Positions 1-12,663 of a stretch of 64,000 nt of DNA are shown here, piece by piece; positions within the stretch are counted from its first letter, which is position 1; each line of letters opens with the position of its first letter. The stretch covers positions 19,778,001-19,842,000 of the forward strand of contig OZ116711.1 of the NCBI GenBank assembly GCA_964199315.1, written 5' to 3'. The DNA comes from Orbicella franksi. Lineage: Eukaryota. The notes beneath the pieces are model-generated. The model made no database searches. It was given only the letters and a program-made list of their open reading frames with translations, and was not told where the DNA came from. The position numbers were made by a program, and so were the translations under genes.

Positions 1-352
1 GAGTCGAGCGCGCTAACCATGAGGCCACCGTACCTCCCTTTGCTTCATGTAACTAATCAATCACTGGCGATGTCAGTACTATTAGTTTGAGAACAATGTC
101 ATGTTTTGAAACAGCTAGGAACCTCTGATGCAGCAAACACGAAAATATTTTTGTGACAACACTGGATGTTGGTCAAGCTTATAATCAAGATGTCAAATAA
201 CAATAATTGAAATATTTTCCTGAACTTTGCGAGTTTGTTAAGGCGAAGTTAAGTAACGATGTAGATTAAATAGTTTTTTAAGTCACGAATTGTGAATGGT
301 GTAACAGTATCAAGGTAACAGAATAATATGTTCATTTGTGGTCTTACTCTAG

Positions 353-2742
353 GACATAGGAAAGCGGAAAAAGAAAAGGAAAATCAAAACCTCAAGGAGT
401 TGGGGGATAGTCAGTCTGGGTGAGTATTGTTTGACGTACAACGTTTGTATACATGGCACCCTAAAAGACTTGAATTCGTTATTAAAGACTAAACAGATTT
501 TTTAAAAGTGAATATTTGTTGTCATTATTGATTCGCAACCTCTCAAATGGTAAATAGTTCCAAAAAACTTAGATGTACCTTTCAAGTTTGCCATTAAGGT
601 GTAAGATGGATAGCAGCTCTGTGCTGTTTGAGTAATATGTCTTCTAGAGGTTGTGTTAGGTCCTTGAAGGTCCTTAAGGGCCTTGCTTATGTAAGAAAAA
701 TAAACGTTATAAGCACGTTGTTTCCTTAACAGAACTTTGAAGTTGATTGTGTGTATGGTTTCCTTTCCACAGTACAACTAGTGCAGTGATGCAAGTGTAT
801 CTCAAGAGTGTGCTGGAGAGCTTTTTACACCCCCAGCCTTCAGTGCGAATGGCTGCCCTTCACGTTGTGAATTTGATTCTGAGACAAGGTCTTGTTCATC
901 CCGTACAGGTCGGTAGCATTGCCTATCAATTGAAACAACAACTTTGGCACGTACGAAATTGCATAGGTGTAGGTCTGCATTCACAAACCCATTTACACAC
1001 GCGCGTGTGTGTCTAACCCAGTCTTGTTGGTCACAGTAGAAGACATCATTATATCTTAGGCCTCGTCCACTCTACGCCGGAGGAATTAGAAAACGGAGGA
1101 TTCAAGAGTCATCAAATATTCTCCGTCCACACTACGCCGGAGGAATTTAAGAACGCGACAATCACCGGTCATTTTGGATTTGTGTTTGACGAAAACTCGG
1201 TATATTACGTGGTGATCGTGACTACATCGTTGTCGAAAAGCTTCGTTTTCAAAATGTTTTCCGTCCTCAGGAAAACGCAAAGCCGGCGTTTTCAAATTCC
1301 TCTGGTTTGAAGAGCGTTTTCGAAAAGCTCCGTTTTCGTGACGGATCAGTGTGGACGTGAGGCCTAACTGTAGAAATAAAGCTGCGTTTTGAAATTTCTC
1401 CCGCGTAGTGTGGACGCTGTCTTAGAAGAGCTCTACACTGTTCTTGCACTGTTATTGAATTCAATACTGGTTTATAGCTTTGACAGATTTTCTATTTGCT
1501 ATGTTTTCTACAGTGTGTTCCATATCTGATCGCCATTGGAACTGATGAAGAACAACAAATGAGAGTAAAATCAGACCAACAGTTGTCAGAGATTGACAGC
1601 AAATATTCCATGTTTGTTCAGGTTGGTACTAGTCAACCTTGTTTCCGTGGTCTTTCATATTCCCACCCTCCATTTCCTCTCTCGCTCCGCGAGGGCGGAA
1701 AGGTGAGACTCTTGGAACGAGGTTGGGTGATAGTTTGGCTTAAAAGCCAAAGCTTAGTCAGATTTCCTTGTGTTTCGCATGCATCTTTGTGCTCGATGTA
1801 GAGTCCAGCATGGTAACCAAAACCCCAGAAACCTATTATACGATTATACTTGAAAAAGGATACTTTCATTGGCAAACTGTTTGATATCTTTTCAATTTTA
1901 GATGAAAGCCCTGGCTGGAATAAAGATGTCGTTTGAACTTCAACGCCTAGTTCACAAGGTTTGTGATTTCGGTTTAAGGCACCCTTTTGATCATTGATGT
2001 CTCACAGAAGGGGGGATGGATAGATTGTTTTACTTGTTGTTTCGTTACTGCCATCAGCTAACTTTCATTCAGAGGTTAGCTCGGACGTTAAAGGAATTAC
2101 ATATATGTCTCGACATTTAAATTTATTTTTCTGATTAAAGGAAACCTCAAAGTAAGTCTAATGTTGTAATCATGATAATGGGCCGAAAGTAAACAAGATT
2201 GCCTTCCAATGAAGAAGATTAATACGGAGTACGATGTCGAAAGGCAAACTTGAAAAAAAAGTGGTTAAGATGTGCCATTGGTGAGTGAGCCCTTTAACGA
2301 GTTTGGTCACCTATTTGTTTGTTCATTCCACAGGATAAAACAACACCGATCCGAGGATTCAGAAAAGATACAAACCAGTGTCTGTTAAGTCATTTATATT
2401 CCATCATAAGAACTGGTAGACAGCCAAGGCGGTCCCTTTTACAGTCTATGTTGAGAATATTTGATGATCACAAGGTACGCCAGGGTTTTTTTTTTTTCCC
2501 CTTGAATTCGAAATCAAAGTTCTTTTTCCTCTTCATCCATGTTGCCTACTAGTTATGCTACGCTCTCTCGTTGTATACCAGGGAATATCCCACGAATCAC
2601 TTGTATTTTCTGGTATACACACGAACCTTTTGGATATAAGTGACCAGTGGGATCCTTGGTATACCAGCCGAAAGCGTTGTATAACTACATTTGCTAACTT
2701 TATTATTGCCTTTTCTGTCCGACTAGTTGGGTGATACTAAAT

Positions 2743-2773
<31 letters not shown>

Positions 2774-5700
2774 GTCTAATTGTTAAGTATTTTATACCAT
2801 GCCATGGTAAATACAGTGCCCAACATAATCAGTGCAGTGCATGGGAAGGCTGGATCTAATACCGTCCAGTAGACAACGGCTTCCAGTATTCTGAAAGACT
2901 GTTTATTATATGGCTAGCTCCGTGAGCGGGTAAGATGAATCAAATCCTGCGCTGTGATTGGCTACCCGAGCGGGCCCGATGGAGCTATCTTGCCCGCTCG
3001 GGACTACCCGCCATTTTCCGCAAGAAAATTTTCCGCGAAGGCCATATAATAAATCCTTTATTGACCAAGCTTGTTCGCTCAAAATGGCTTGATATTGGCC
3101 CCGTTCTTTTTTTGCGAGTTTATAGCCCTTGACTCCGTCTCGGTCCATAAACACGCAAAAAAAGAACTTGGCCAATATCCAGCTATCTTGACCTCACACT
3201 TGGTCAGTAACCCATACATCTTTTATGGTACAGTATATTCGGTTTATCGCATTTGGTGGTACAGCATGGACAGTGAAGTGACCTCACCTGGGCGTAGCGA
3301 CCACAGAGAGTCTCGGGGCGCTTTCCATTCAACCAAAAATTACAAAGCGGCGACGAAGGGTACGGAAATTTCCTGGGAAAGGTTCCGGAAAATCCCGAAA
3401 TTTTTAAATAATCAGAAAACGAATCATTCAACCGAAAATTTCGGAAGTGCTGGGGGAGAAATCAAATGAAATGAAATGGACATTCTCCCGATAAAAAAAT
3501 TTCCGAATATTTGGGTATACCTCGTAAGGTTGTCTTCTTTACCTGATATTCCGGAAAATGCTGTTCCATTCGCCGCTGGAAATTTCCGGAAATGCAAACC
3601 TGAGTTTATGGTCGAATGGAAAGCGCTCTCTGAATAGAAGAAGCGTCTCTATACACGGTCTTTTATTATTATTATTTTTTTTTTGATAAGAGGAAGTGTA
3701 TGAGCTCGGGACCAAAGCCATTGTAACAGCGCGATTGTTCACACACCGTGTTCTTAACTCTCATGTAGGGTGCCAAATTAGACCTTCTGCTGTACGTGGC
3801 CGATAACATGGCGCACTTTCCTTACTCTGTTCAAGAAGAGCCACTCTTTGTCATTTACCACATTGACAACATCCTATCCGTGACAGGTGCAAATATGCTC
3901 CACTCCTTCAAAGAGGTAAGTTAGTTTCAAGCCCAGTCAAACAGTTTCAGTTTCAGCGTCACATTAAAGGAGCTCAGTCACGGTATTTTAGGGAAAAAAA
4001 TGGCGACTTAAAAAATTCAGTGCGCAAGGCTGCCCTTCACGTTGTGAATTTGATTCCGAGACAAGGTCTTGTTCATCATTTAAATTGAAGGAATCCTGAA
4101 AATAGTAGCTTACAAAGATAGAAAAACTCCAAAGAGATATTAATAAACGATAGAGGAACAAGGATGGTTAAGGATGGCGAAGATTAATTCGGATTGCAAA
4201 CGAACAATTTGAAAAATTTAGGCTAAACTTTTCAAGATGCACAAGCCGTGACGTAGCTCGTTTAAGACGATAGTCAAAGCAAACGGTTTCATCTTCATTG
4301 CGAGTGCGATTAGGAAATGGTTTCACAAGCCTTTGTCAGAATTCGATCCTTAAGACAATGAAATTAAAAAAAGAATTGAGAAAACTCAAATGTTAATTCC
4401 ACGAGAACTCATTTGATCCAATGAAAGGGGAATTTCGTAATTTTAAGAACTTTTCACATCTTTTTAATTTTGGGTCTTCTCGAGTCTTCAGACACTGTTT
4501 TCTAGCCCATGTCAACACAATTTTCTCATAAGGTCTTTCATGTGTTTTACCAGTTTCTTGTTATTTATCGTTCGGAACGGAAACTGAATAGGCCATTTCC
4601 GAGTTGGCTTCTACCTCTGTGTGAAAACGAGTTTTCGTGCGAAACGATTCATACAAAAATGTGTTCCGCCTAGAGGTTCATTTGCACAGTGTAAATCAAA
4701 CTCATTTTCCTATGAAAGGTTTTGCACAAGGACTTGTTTTGAAACAGAGACACAAGGTAACTCAGAAATGGCTTGTTGAAACATTAAAGGGGCTCAGTCA
4801 CGGCATTTTGAGTTATTTTGGCCACATACAAAATTACCTTTAAATGGTAGCAAACCTGAAAATAACAGCTTAATAAGATAGAAAAACACCAAAGAGATAG
4901 TGTTAAACCATAAAGGAACAAGGATGGCTAAGGATGGAGAAGATTAACACGGATTACAAACGACGAATTTGAAAAATTGAGGCAAAACTCTTCAATATGC
5001 GCAAACTGTGACTGAGCTCCTTTAAGTTGTGCAATTAATGTTACATGTAAAAGGCAGGTTGCCTCTTAACATGACGAGTTGTATTGTTGTTGTAAGTTAC
5101 CTATAATGTTTTTTTAACAGGCTATGACGTCCAAAGTAACGCCAACAGTTGAAGGAGTTGACAATGTTCCTCCACCTTTAGAGAACGAGTTTGAAGAAGA
5201 AGAAACCTTCGAGTCTGTTTTAGGTAGGTGAAATAAGGTTCAAAAAAGACATTTGTGAGGAAGTGGATATCAGCAATTAACAAACCTAGCCGACCGTCTA
5301 TTTGGAATCAGTGCATTTAGTTGGCTGTTACACAGTTAATTGTTTCACCGATAGAAAATGTGTCCGAGGGTGTTGTCATATTCCAAGGGTTATCAGATTT
5401 AATTGGAGCATCAGTCCATGCTAATCTGAATTTAAAACGCAATGTCTCTTTTCATGTATGATATAACCAAACTGTTTTTGTTTTCTGTTACATTCAGCTC
5501 GGATTCCCCCAGACCCAACAATCTTCGAGCAGTGTTGCGTTTCTTCACAAGGTTGCCTACTGCTTCTGTATTTGAAACAGCACCTAAAGGAATTGTATGC
5601 ATTTTCAGACAGGTAAGAAGCCAAGAACGAACCACCGTATACAAATTTTGCGTTAGCCACCTACTTACGCCAATCCAGTACACAGGTCCCAGAGGTTTTC

Positions 5701-7822
5701 TTCCTCTTAAGTCCTGGCCAAACGCAATCGCAAGTAGCCGCAAGTTGAACTTGCGTGGAGACTTGCGATGGGTGGCCAAGCGGACTCGCAGTTGTACATG
5801 CAAGACCCCAAAAATCTCATTTCAAGGCTGTATTTGATTGGCTAATTGGTTGATATAACGACGAATGGATTTCACTCAACTTGCCTCGACTTGCGAGCAA
5901 ATTTGATCTCGACCAAAGTGAATACAGGTCATCGCAAGTCAACGGAAGTGCACGCAAGGCCTCGCCAAACGGAGTCGCAAGTAGAGCCAAGTTTTTAACC
6001 TTTCAACTTGCGTCTACTTGCGAGTCCGTTTGGCCAGGGCTTTACTTCTGACATGAGGTAGCGTGTACTTAAATTTGATGGACAAAATTTTGTTACAGAA
6101 AAGAAAACGTCTGTTATCAGGATACCAACAAGTTTTTCACAACGATTCTTTGTCTTAGGAGAGTGTTGTGTGACTCACGTCACGCTTGCATATAAAGGCA
6201 ATAGCCGGGCAAGAACGGGTGACAACTTTGTACTTGCTTCAGTAACTGATAAATTTGACTATCTTTGTTCCTAGTAAATGTCACAAATATTCTCCGTCCG
6301 AGCCCACCAAGACGTATGACAAGACTGTGTCAAGAAAAGTCGGAGTTGTCTTTAATCCTGAGCAAGTCTTACGATATGTTGAAGAACCAGAGGCTGTGAG
6401 AAGTCATGAACAGTTAGTCCGCGACTACTTAGAGGTAAGAATTTAAATATTTTCGAAGCAATTCATCTATATTGAGGTTATGAGAAACGATGCTTGCTCT
6501 CCAAAGTGGACGATATAAAAATTTAAAGGAACGACAGTCTGTTTTAATGTACGGTCTTATCTTCCTTTTCGTGGTCATCTCAATTTTCTTTATCATTGCT
6601 TGGAGTGATTTTTAGGCCATTAGGTAAAGTCTTCATACGAACCAAGTGGCCGGGTTTCTGTAGCATGAAGAGACTAGGAATATTTTTACTCCCCTCTGGA
6701 TGGGATTCTAGTCCATCGCAGGGCTGCCCGAGTATTAAATTCGCCGGTACTCATTTGTACACCTGGTTAGAGAGAGGCACTGTGAGAGTAAAGTGTCTTG
6801 CCCAAGAACACACCTCAATGTTCTCGGCCAGGGCTCGAACCCGGACTGCTCTATCCGGTGGCGAGCGCGCTAACCATGAGGCCACCGCGCCTTTAGGCCT
6901 TTAGTAGTCGTGACTAAAAGTGTGTAGCTATTTTGAGAGGAGCGCATTTTCATCGACATTCTTTTCATAAATCCAGTCATTAATACATGGTCTCATTTGT
7001 GGCTGTGCATTTGTAAGTATTAATGAAACGTAATTGTGTCTTCGTCAGTTCAAATTTCTGATGATGAAGCTTGATCCATCGGAAGAAGACAGTGATGATT
7101 CTGGTAATGGTGGAAGAGATAGTCCTGTGGGAGAGGCGGGACAGATGACTGACCTTGAGGTATGCTATTCAACCGTCAATTTTTGGCCCCTTCCAAGTTA
7201 CGCTGGAGAAATTTTAAAACGCAGCAATCCCCGGTCATTTTGGATTTGTGTTGGAGGAAAACTCGGCCAGGGAAATCACGTGATTATTTTTATGTCATCG
7301 ATTTCGAAAGCTCCGTTTTCAAAACATATTCCGTCGACGCTAAAACGCAAAGCCGGCTTTTTCAAATTCCTGCAGTTTAAAGAACGTTTTCGAAAAGTTC
7401 CGTTTTCGTGACGGATTAGTGTGAACGGTAGGCCTAACCATAGAAATGAAGCTGCGTTTTAAAATTTCTCCCGCATTGTGTGGACGGGACCGTTGCTATG
7501 GTTCCTTACCTTTGTCTTGTTTTGTTTTCCTAGTCACAAGGTTTTATTAACTAAAAATTTTGTACCTCTCTTCTGGACTCCGTCGCTTTTCAACAAGTTC
7601 ACAGTGCAAATACGTGACAGGTTTTGATTTTGCTTTTTGTTTCAGGGCAACGTTAAAACTCCTGGTGGCAAACCACGAGACAAACGCGCGCCTAAACCAA
7701 GAAAGGTCGTCAAGGGTCGAAAAACGCCGCCAGCTGGACAGACAAAGGCAAAGACGAAACCCAAGGGAAAGAGACCTAAGAAGAAAATAATATCCTTTGA
7801 TTTATGTCATGTCAGTCCTTAG
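353..7822 (+). CDS. NIPBL: Nipped-B-like cohesin loader, 3' part (gene starts upstream of the window)
   Basis: Exons 353-419, 773-908, 1514-1621, 1902-1958, 2334-2474, 3769-3915, 5121-5223, 5498-5612, 6275-6434, 7049-7159, 7646-7822, all AG/GT-bounded and in phase. Translation includes KELGDSQSGTTSAVMQVYLKSVLESFLHPQPSVRMAALHVVNLILRQGLVHPVQCVPYLIAIGTD, LLYVADNMAHFPYSVQEEPLFVIYHID and SQGCLLLLYLKQHLKELYAFSDSKCHKYSPSE, matching the NIPBL/Scc2 C-terminal HEAT region as I recall it. The last exon is ambiguous (see findings). Confidence 0.96.
1056..1424. mobile_element. Palindromic MITE (gtccacactacgccggaggaatt family)
   Basis: Termini gtccac(a/t)ctacgc...gcgtagtgtggacg. Homologous copies at about 7165-7492 and 52111-52489. 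Confidence 0.75.
2906..3216. repeat. Dispersed repeat (atatggctagctccgtgagcggg family)
   Basis: Related motifs (atcttgccc, ccaatc) recur near 12350-12395. Intronic, and its ORFs have no homology signal. Confidence 0.5.
3315..3628. mobile_element. MITE with terminal inverted repeats ggggcgctttccattc...gaatggaaagcgc; relatives at 32558-32809 and 56210-56464
   Basis: Inverted termini visible directly in each copy, with internal ttccggaaa motifs. Confidence 0.7.
3964..4265. mobile_element. TTAA-flanked MITE (Kolobok-like termini AGG..CCT) carrying a NIPBL exon fragment; family also at 4784-5025, 31715-31900 (truncated), 35006-35247
   Basis: TTAA|AGGAGCTCAGTCACGG ... CCGTGAC(T)GAGCTCCT|TTAA termini. 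Four homologous copies in the window. The superfamily assignment is inferred from the TTAA flank plus purine-purine ends. Confidence 0.75.
4586..4778. mobile_element. MITE with TIR aataggccatttccgagtt...aactcagaaatggcttgtt
   Basis: Inverted termini seen directly. Confidence 0.6.
5711..6040. mobile_element. MITE with TIR (g)tcctggccaaacg...cgtttggccagggc
   Basis: Inverted termini and internal cgcaagt/acttgcg repeats. Confidence 0.65.
6626..6891 (-). mobile_element. tRNA-derived SINE, full head; family also at 1-36, about 24380-24950 (degenerate), about 46900-47110 (opposite orientation), about 58955-59170 and about 61880-62090
   Basis: On the minus strand: Pol III A box tggcctcatgg and B box ggttcgagccc, followed by the body gggcaagacactttactctcacagtgcctctct that recurs in the other copies. 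Confidence 0.8.
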
Positions 7823-8239
7823 CACTGTAAGATGTAGTTTGGACATTTACAGAGTTGCTGACCGTATTAGTCACAGTCGTTCGGTTGGTCACAGTCGGTC
7901 GGTTGCTCGTAGCAGCGCAACCTACAGATTATTCACTAATCTGCCTAGCAGATCATTAAATCTGTAGGTTGCGCTGTTTCCCAGAATTAGCTGTAATCTG
8001 TAGGTTGCGCGCGCAATGCATGATTTCGAAGAGCAATGTCAAGTTCACGGACAGCGAAGTAAGAACATAGCTTGTCGAAAATAAACTGTGTTCGGTGCGA
8101 TAATGCTTTTGTCGTTATTTTCTTTAAAACCATGTATAATATAGAAAAAGAAGATTAGGTTAGTGTTATCACAAAAACCTCATCCAATAGTTGTTTAATA
8201 TACATGTATGATAAATGAACTGTTTATGGTCTTTAACAG

Positions 8240-8315
8240 TGGAAACGCGTCCATAGATTTGGATCCGAGTCTGTTGGAAGAGAGTGATGAAGATGTTGAC
8301 TTCCTGTGTCAATGA
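8240..8315 (+). other. Possible alternative terminal exon or 3' UTR exon of NIPBL
   Basis: Acceptor ctttaacag at 8231-8239. One frame reads GNASIDLDPSLLEESDEDVDFLCQ*, an acidic tail, but the upstream exon has no in-frame phase-2 GT donor before its stop. Confidence 0.35.
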
Positions 8316-9679
8316 AGCGGTGGCCATATGAATTATTGAAGGAATTGCATACTTGCTGAATTCTAAGACTTTTAAAATTAACGTAGAAAGATCAATTAAG
8401 TTTAATGGGGAATTTTTAAATCGCGAACATTATTGACCAAAAGTTATTGTTATAAGATTGCAATTGGTTACAGTACAGGCATTTTTATAGATCTGTTGTA
8501 TTTTATATCAGCTCTTTATTTCATTGTACATAGGTTCTTTTTACCGCGTAAAAGATCATACATTATTAAGGTAGTTACGGTTATTTATTGTGCAAGCTCC
8601 GTCAACTTAGTACATCCTGCTAACCATGTATTAATTCGTTATGTTCATGTTTAACTTTGCCTTCAGTCGTAAAGTACTGTCGACTTTGCAGCGCTGGAAA
8701 GACTATCTTTCACTACAGTCAAATCCCAAAATTTGAGTGCATTTTGCAGGAGGCAGTTATATCCCCTTTGCTCTCCAGTTGCAGTTTGACTTATTTTAGG
8801 GTGCTTTTTTTCAGTAGAATCTACCGGTTCCTCAATGGAAGTCAAGTGATATGCTAACAACAGTTTCAAAATTATGATCAAGTGAGAGGGAACTTTTAGC
8901 AGAGATCCACGTGTAAATTTAAAAAAATCAATCCAGTTCGTGTTTGTTTTTTATAAAACAACCGCCATAGCTCAAAGAACAGCTCTCTTTATTAAAGTAG
9001 AGTAGGTGTAAAAAGCTTTGTATGTATTTTATCAGTGTTAATTTTTTTTTAGTTTATTTTTTGTTGTTGTGATGTACATAAAAGCTAAGGTTAACAAGAT
9101 AGTTTTATTTTATTTTAGTGGATAGGTAACAAGGTCAGTTACTTTACTGGAGTAACCGTAAAGCCTTTTCTTTTCATTTGTTACTGTTCCTCTGTCAACA
9201 TGCAAAGTCTCCTCGCTGGTTTACGTACATTTCTTTTTATACTGGCTGGGAGAATTTGACTGTTCATCGTACATCATCATACATCATTTATCACATCGTT
9301 CGTTCACACGACCCACAGTGTATAATGCTCTTAGGCTGAAAGTATTAAATGACTTATAACGAGCGTTTTAAGAAGTCACTGCTGAAATACCCTCAACAAT
9401 AAACTCGGATAAATTAAGAACAAAACAACTGCAATTGTAACCATTTTCTATTACGCTGTACGTAACTTTGGGTTTTTGGCAGATTGCGCGACGTGTAAGA
9501 AGAAGTATTAAAACGGGAACCCTTGCCATTGTAAAAACAAAATAGCCAGTGAACATGAAATAACTGACTATTTCAATCGTATGACAATCTTGGCATTACT
9601 TGTACGAAGGATGCAGCAGAGCTGTACTTATTAAAAACATTTGAACACTTGTCTGTTCAGTGGTGGAAATAGATTCACA

Positions 9680-10530
9680 ACTAGCCTAGCCTGTGTAGCA
9701 AGCGCTCCCTTCCGCATTCTAGGCCGCGCGTAAATTGGAGCGAGAGCAAAAATTCGACGAGGAAGGGAGTGGTGGGGCGAGAGAGGGGTCCCTCTCTCGC
9801 TCCACCTCTCCCTTCTTCGTCGAGTTTTTGCTCCCGCTCCAATTTACGCGCTGCCTAGAATGCGGGAAAGCTCTTCGTACGGAAACGCTTGCTACGCAGG
9901 CTACAGCTAGCCTGCCCCACTTACCCGCTTTAGCCTGTAGACATGTTCCCTGGTGGTAGATAGGGTTGAAAGAACTGGGAACAAGCGATAGGTTGCGAGA
10001 GATGAGAGCCGGTAGGTAGGAGACAGTGAAGGTTGGGAAAAGAATTGGAAGGGAACCCTTTCCTTAAACTCGCTCGGTTTTCTTCCTTCCCTCTGTCCTA
10101 ATTTTGAAAGTCTTCGCAGGCTTTATTCACTTAGCGGAGGAGCGCGAGGGGTGCTGCCTGTGTGTCGGTAGGTATGCCTAGCAAAGGCAACGAAGAGCTT
10201 TTTACGCATTCTGGCCGCGCGAAAATTGGAGCGAGAACGAAAAAATAAAAAACCGACGAGGCAATTTACAATTTGCACGCGGCCAGAATGCGGAAAAAGC
10301 TCTTCACAAGACAGCATTTCCGTCATATCTCATTCTCGTCCCCAGAGGCCGCGCTACTTTTGGTCAGCACCAAGAATCGCGACCTCTGGCCGGACCTGAT
10401 TTTCTTTGCATGAGAGTTCGTTTCGTATTCTCAGCCAATCAGAATCGCGGACTTCCGGTGTTGGACCAGCCCAGAGGTCGCGATTCTTCGTGCCGACCAA
10501 AAGGAGCGCGGCCTCTGGGGACGAGAATGG
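9680..10530. mobile_element. Cluster of adjacent or nested small palindromic MITEs
   Basis: tagcctgtgtagcaagcg...cgcttgctacgcaggcta at about 9687-9903; gaagagctttttacgcattctggccgcg...cgcggccagaatgcggaaaaagctcttc at about 10190-10305; cattctcgtccccagaggccgcgc...gcgcggcctctggggacgagaatg at about 10331-10529. Confidence 0.7.
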
Positions 10531-10679
10531 TCTTATCTTCTCTCCTTCGGTAAGATTTGGAGAAAAAGAGCGTGAAGACTTCATACGAAATGCGTGCAAA
10601 ATACTCTACGCAGCCCTCCAAAACTTGGAGATATGCCGTATAAATGCAACGCATAACTGTCTTACGCTTTATCCTTCAA

Positions 10680-11800
10680 TTCAAATCACACATGCTGGAG
10701 AAAATAAGCGTTATAGCCATCATAGAAAACACAGTGTCAAGCTGTGCACAATAGGATCGAAGACTTTATGCCCACCATTCGCTAGTGGCAAAACTACCAA
10801 TCACAATCAAGAATTCTCGATCCGCCGAACGAGTATATAATACCAAAAAAATATGCCAGGTGCGGAGTGTTACCGAGTATTGGTCTCTACCACTCCATTT
10901 TATCGGCAACTGATGAGATCCAGAAGGATCGAAACCGCGGTCTTGCCTGATCTACAAGGCTACGAGCCTCCTAACAAAAGAGGGACTATTAACAGTCTCC
11001 AGAAAACCTGACAACATCGCAAATAAAAGCAATGACAACCACAACGTGGAGCTGGATGAACAATCATAGGAAGAACTCCTAAATTCAGAGCTTTTGCCTG
11101 AACAAAACCACACAATATCATAAGCAACACGCAAAACGGTCCACAGACTTGCGCGTGAACACCTACTTTTGCAGCTCCAGAACGAACAAACTGGAAGGAC
11201 AAAAAGCTCGATGAAATTGATGCAAGAAGCATAAGAACGTCTCTCTAAGACAGACTCATAGCTTTCAACAAGAAAAGCTACAGCTATCTCTGGCGAAGCC
11301 GGACAAAGATAAATATGACACCCGTGATAACAAGCAGCATAACTTGCAACAGTAAATCAAACAGCCGGGCCCGGCGAAATAATACAAAATGCAAGTAACC
11401 AACATGCTCACGGAATATTTCAAACTTTGTCCCTCCAGAGCTAATATTTAGAGAGCTTAAAACATATCTTGCAATCAAATGAGCTAAAAAAATAGCACGT
11501 GGCCAAAAACAGAGGTGTCAAACTCAACAAATTACACGCGGATAGCAGCGGAAACCACGCAGACCTATGACCTCTAACGGCTCTACTCTGGTGAAATGTC
11601 CTCCTAAAAACAGGATTATTGCTTAGCGAAATATTCAAAGATCCCCCTATCGTACAATACAAAAGGGGCAGATCCTCAAAGATATACTAGTTCGAGCAAA
11701 ACTCTCAAAGCGGCTATGACACGTGGATAGGAGTTGTGTAGGCCTGTCAACCCATTGTTATCACATGTGAATAAAAGTTAAGGAGAGTGAATCAATGTGA
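10680..11800 (+). mobile_element. Degenerate Penelope-like retroelement relic
   Basis: 11614-11706 reads LLLSEIFKDPPIVQYKRGRS-(L)KDILVRAKL with one frameshift, resembling the linker between RT and GIY-YIG in Penelope-like elements. Upstream sequence is A-rich and interrupted by stops. Boundaries are uncertain. Confidence 0.45.
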
Positions 11801-12663
11801 AGGCGAATGCGTAAAGGTGAGGGTCAATGAATACAAATGTATGGAAGTGTATGTGAGTTGATCTTTCTGCCATATTACGATATACCATATATGGTATAAA
11901 CATAAAGTGCTCTATATGCATGCTAGCATGAAGTATATACCCAACCATGATTTACGGCATACATATTTGATATTGGACATTCATGTTATGGTCAATTGTT
12001 ATGTATCACGTGATCATATCGCGCGCTCAGGTTTAGAATTAATTGAGGTCACGTGGTTTTCTTGAAGTTGACCGCTGACCAGGAACTAATTTTTTGATTG
12101 AATCGCGGGCTCAAGCCAGTTTAATTTATCGTTATTGGAGCTCCACTTTTAGGCTTGGCTAAATCTATATATTATTGCTTGAGTTTCAAAACTTAATATG
12201 TCGATCTTGAATAAAAACACGGCAAACACAAAACAGCTTTTCCAGACCAGGGTGGTCAAGGTCCATAAATGTGTGACAAAAATATGGTAGACATCCAGCC
12301 AACTTTGTGGATTTGTTATTACAGGACAACATTTTCTTGTAACAAAATGTGGGAAATCAATGGCCCCATCTTGCCCACTCACGTGGCCAATCGCAACAAA
12401 CGTCTTTAGCTGCCTTTCAAAATGATACAAAACTGTACACAGGTCATGCCAGAAGGTTTTTATTTTACCTTCAATCCGTTAATGTTATACTCTATACACT
12501 GATCATCTTAATATCCAAATTACGCACTTTGCAGGTATTTCAAATGAACAGCAAATACTTACAAAAATCATTGCTATAAAAAGAGAAATCAAATTGCCCC
12601 TGACTGTTTGGGACTAATAGTATACTAGTGAACTGGAATTCTCTTATAAATACTGTTTAATAT

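Noticed and set aside
10406-10840. 144-aa ORF
   Set aside because: Starts within a palindromic MITE and runs into degenerate retroelement sequence.
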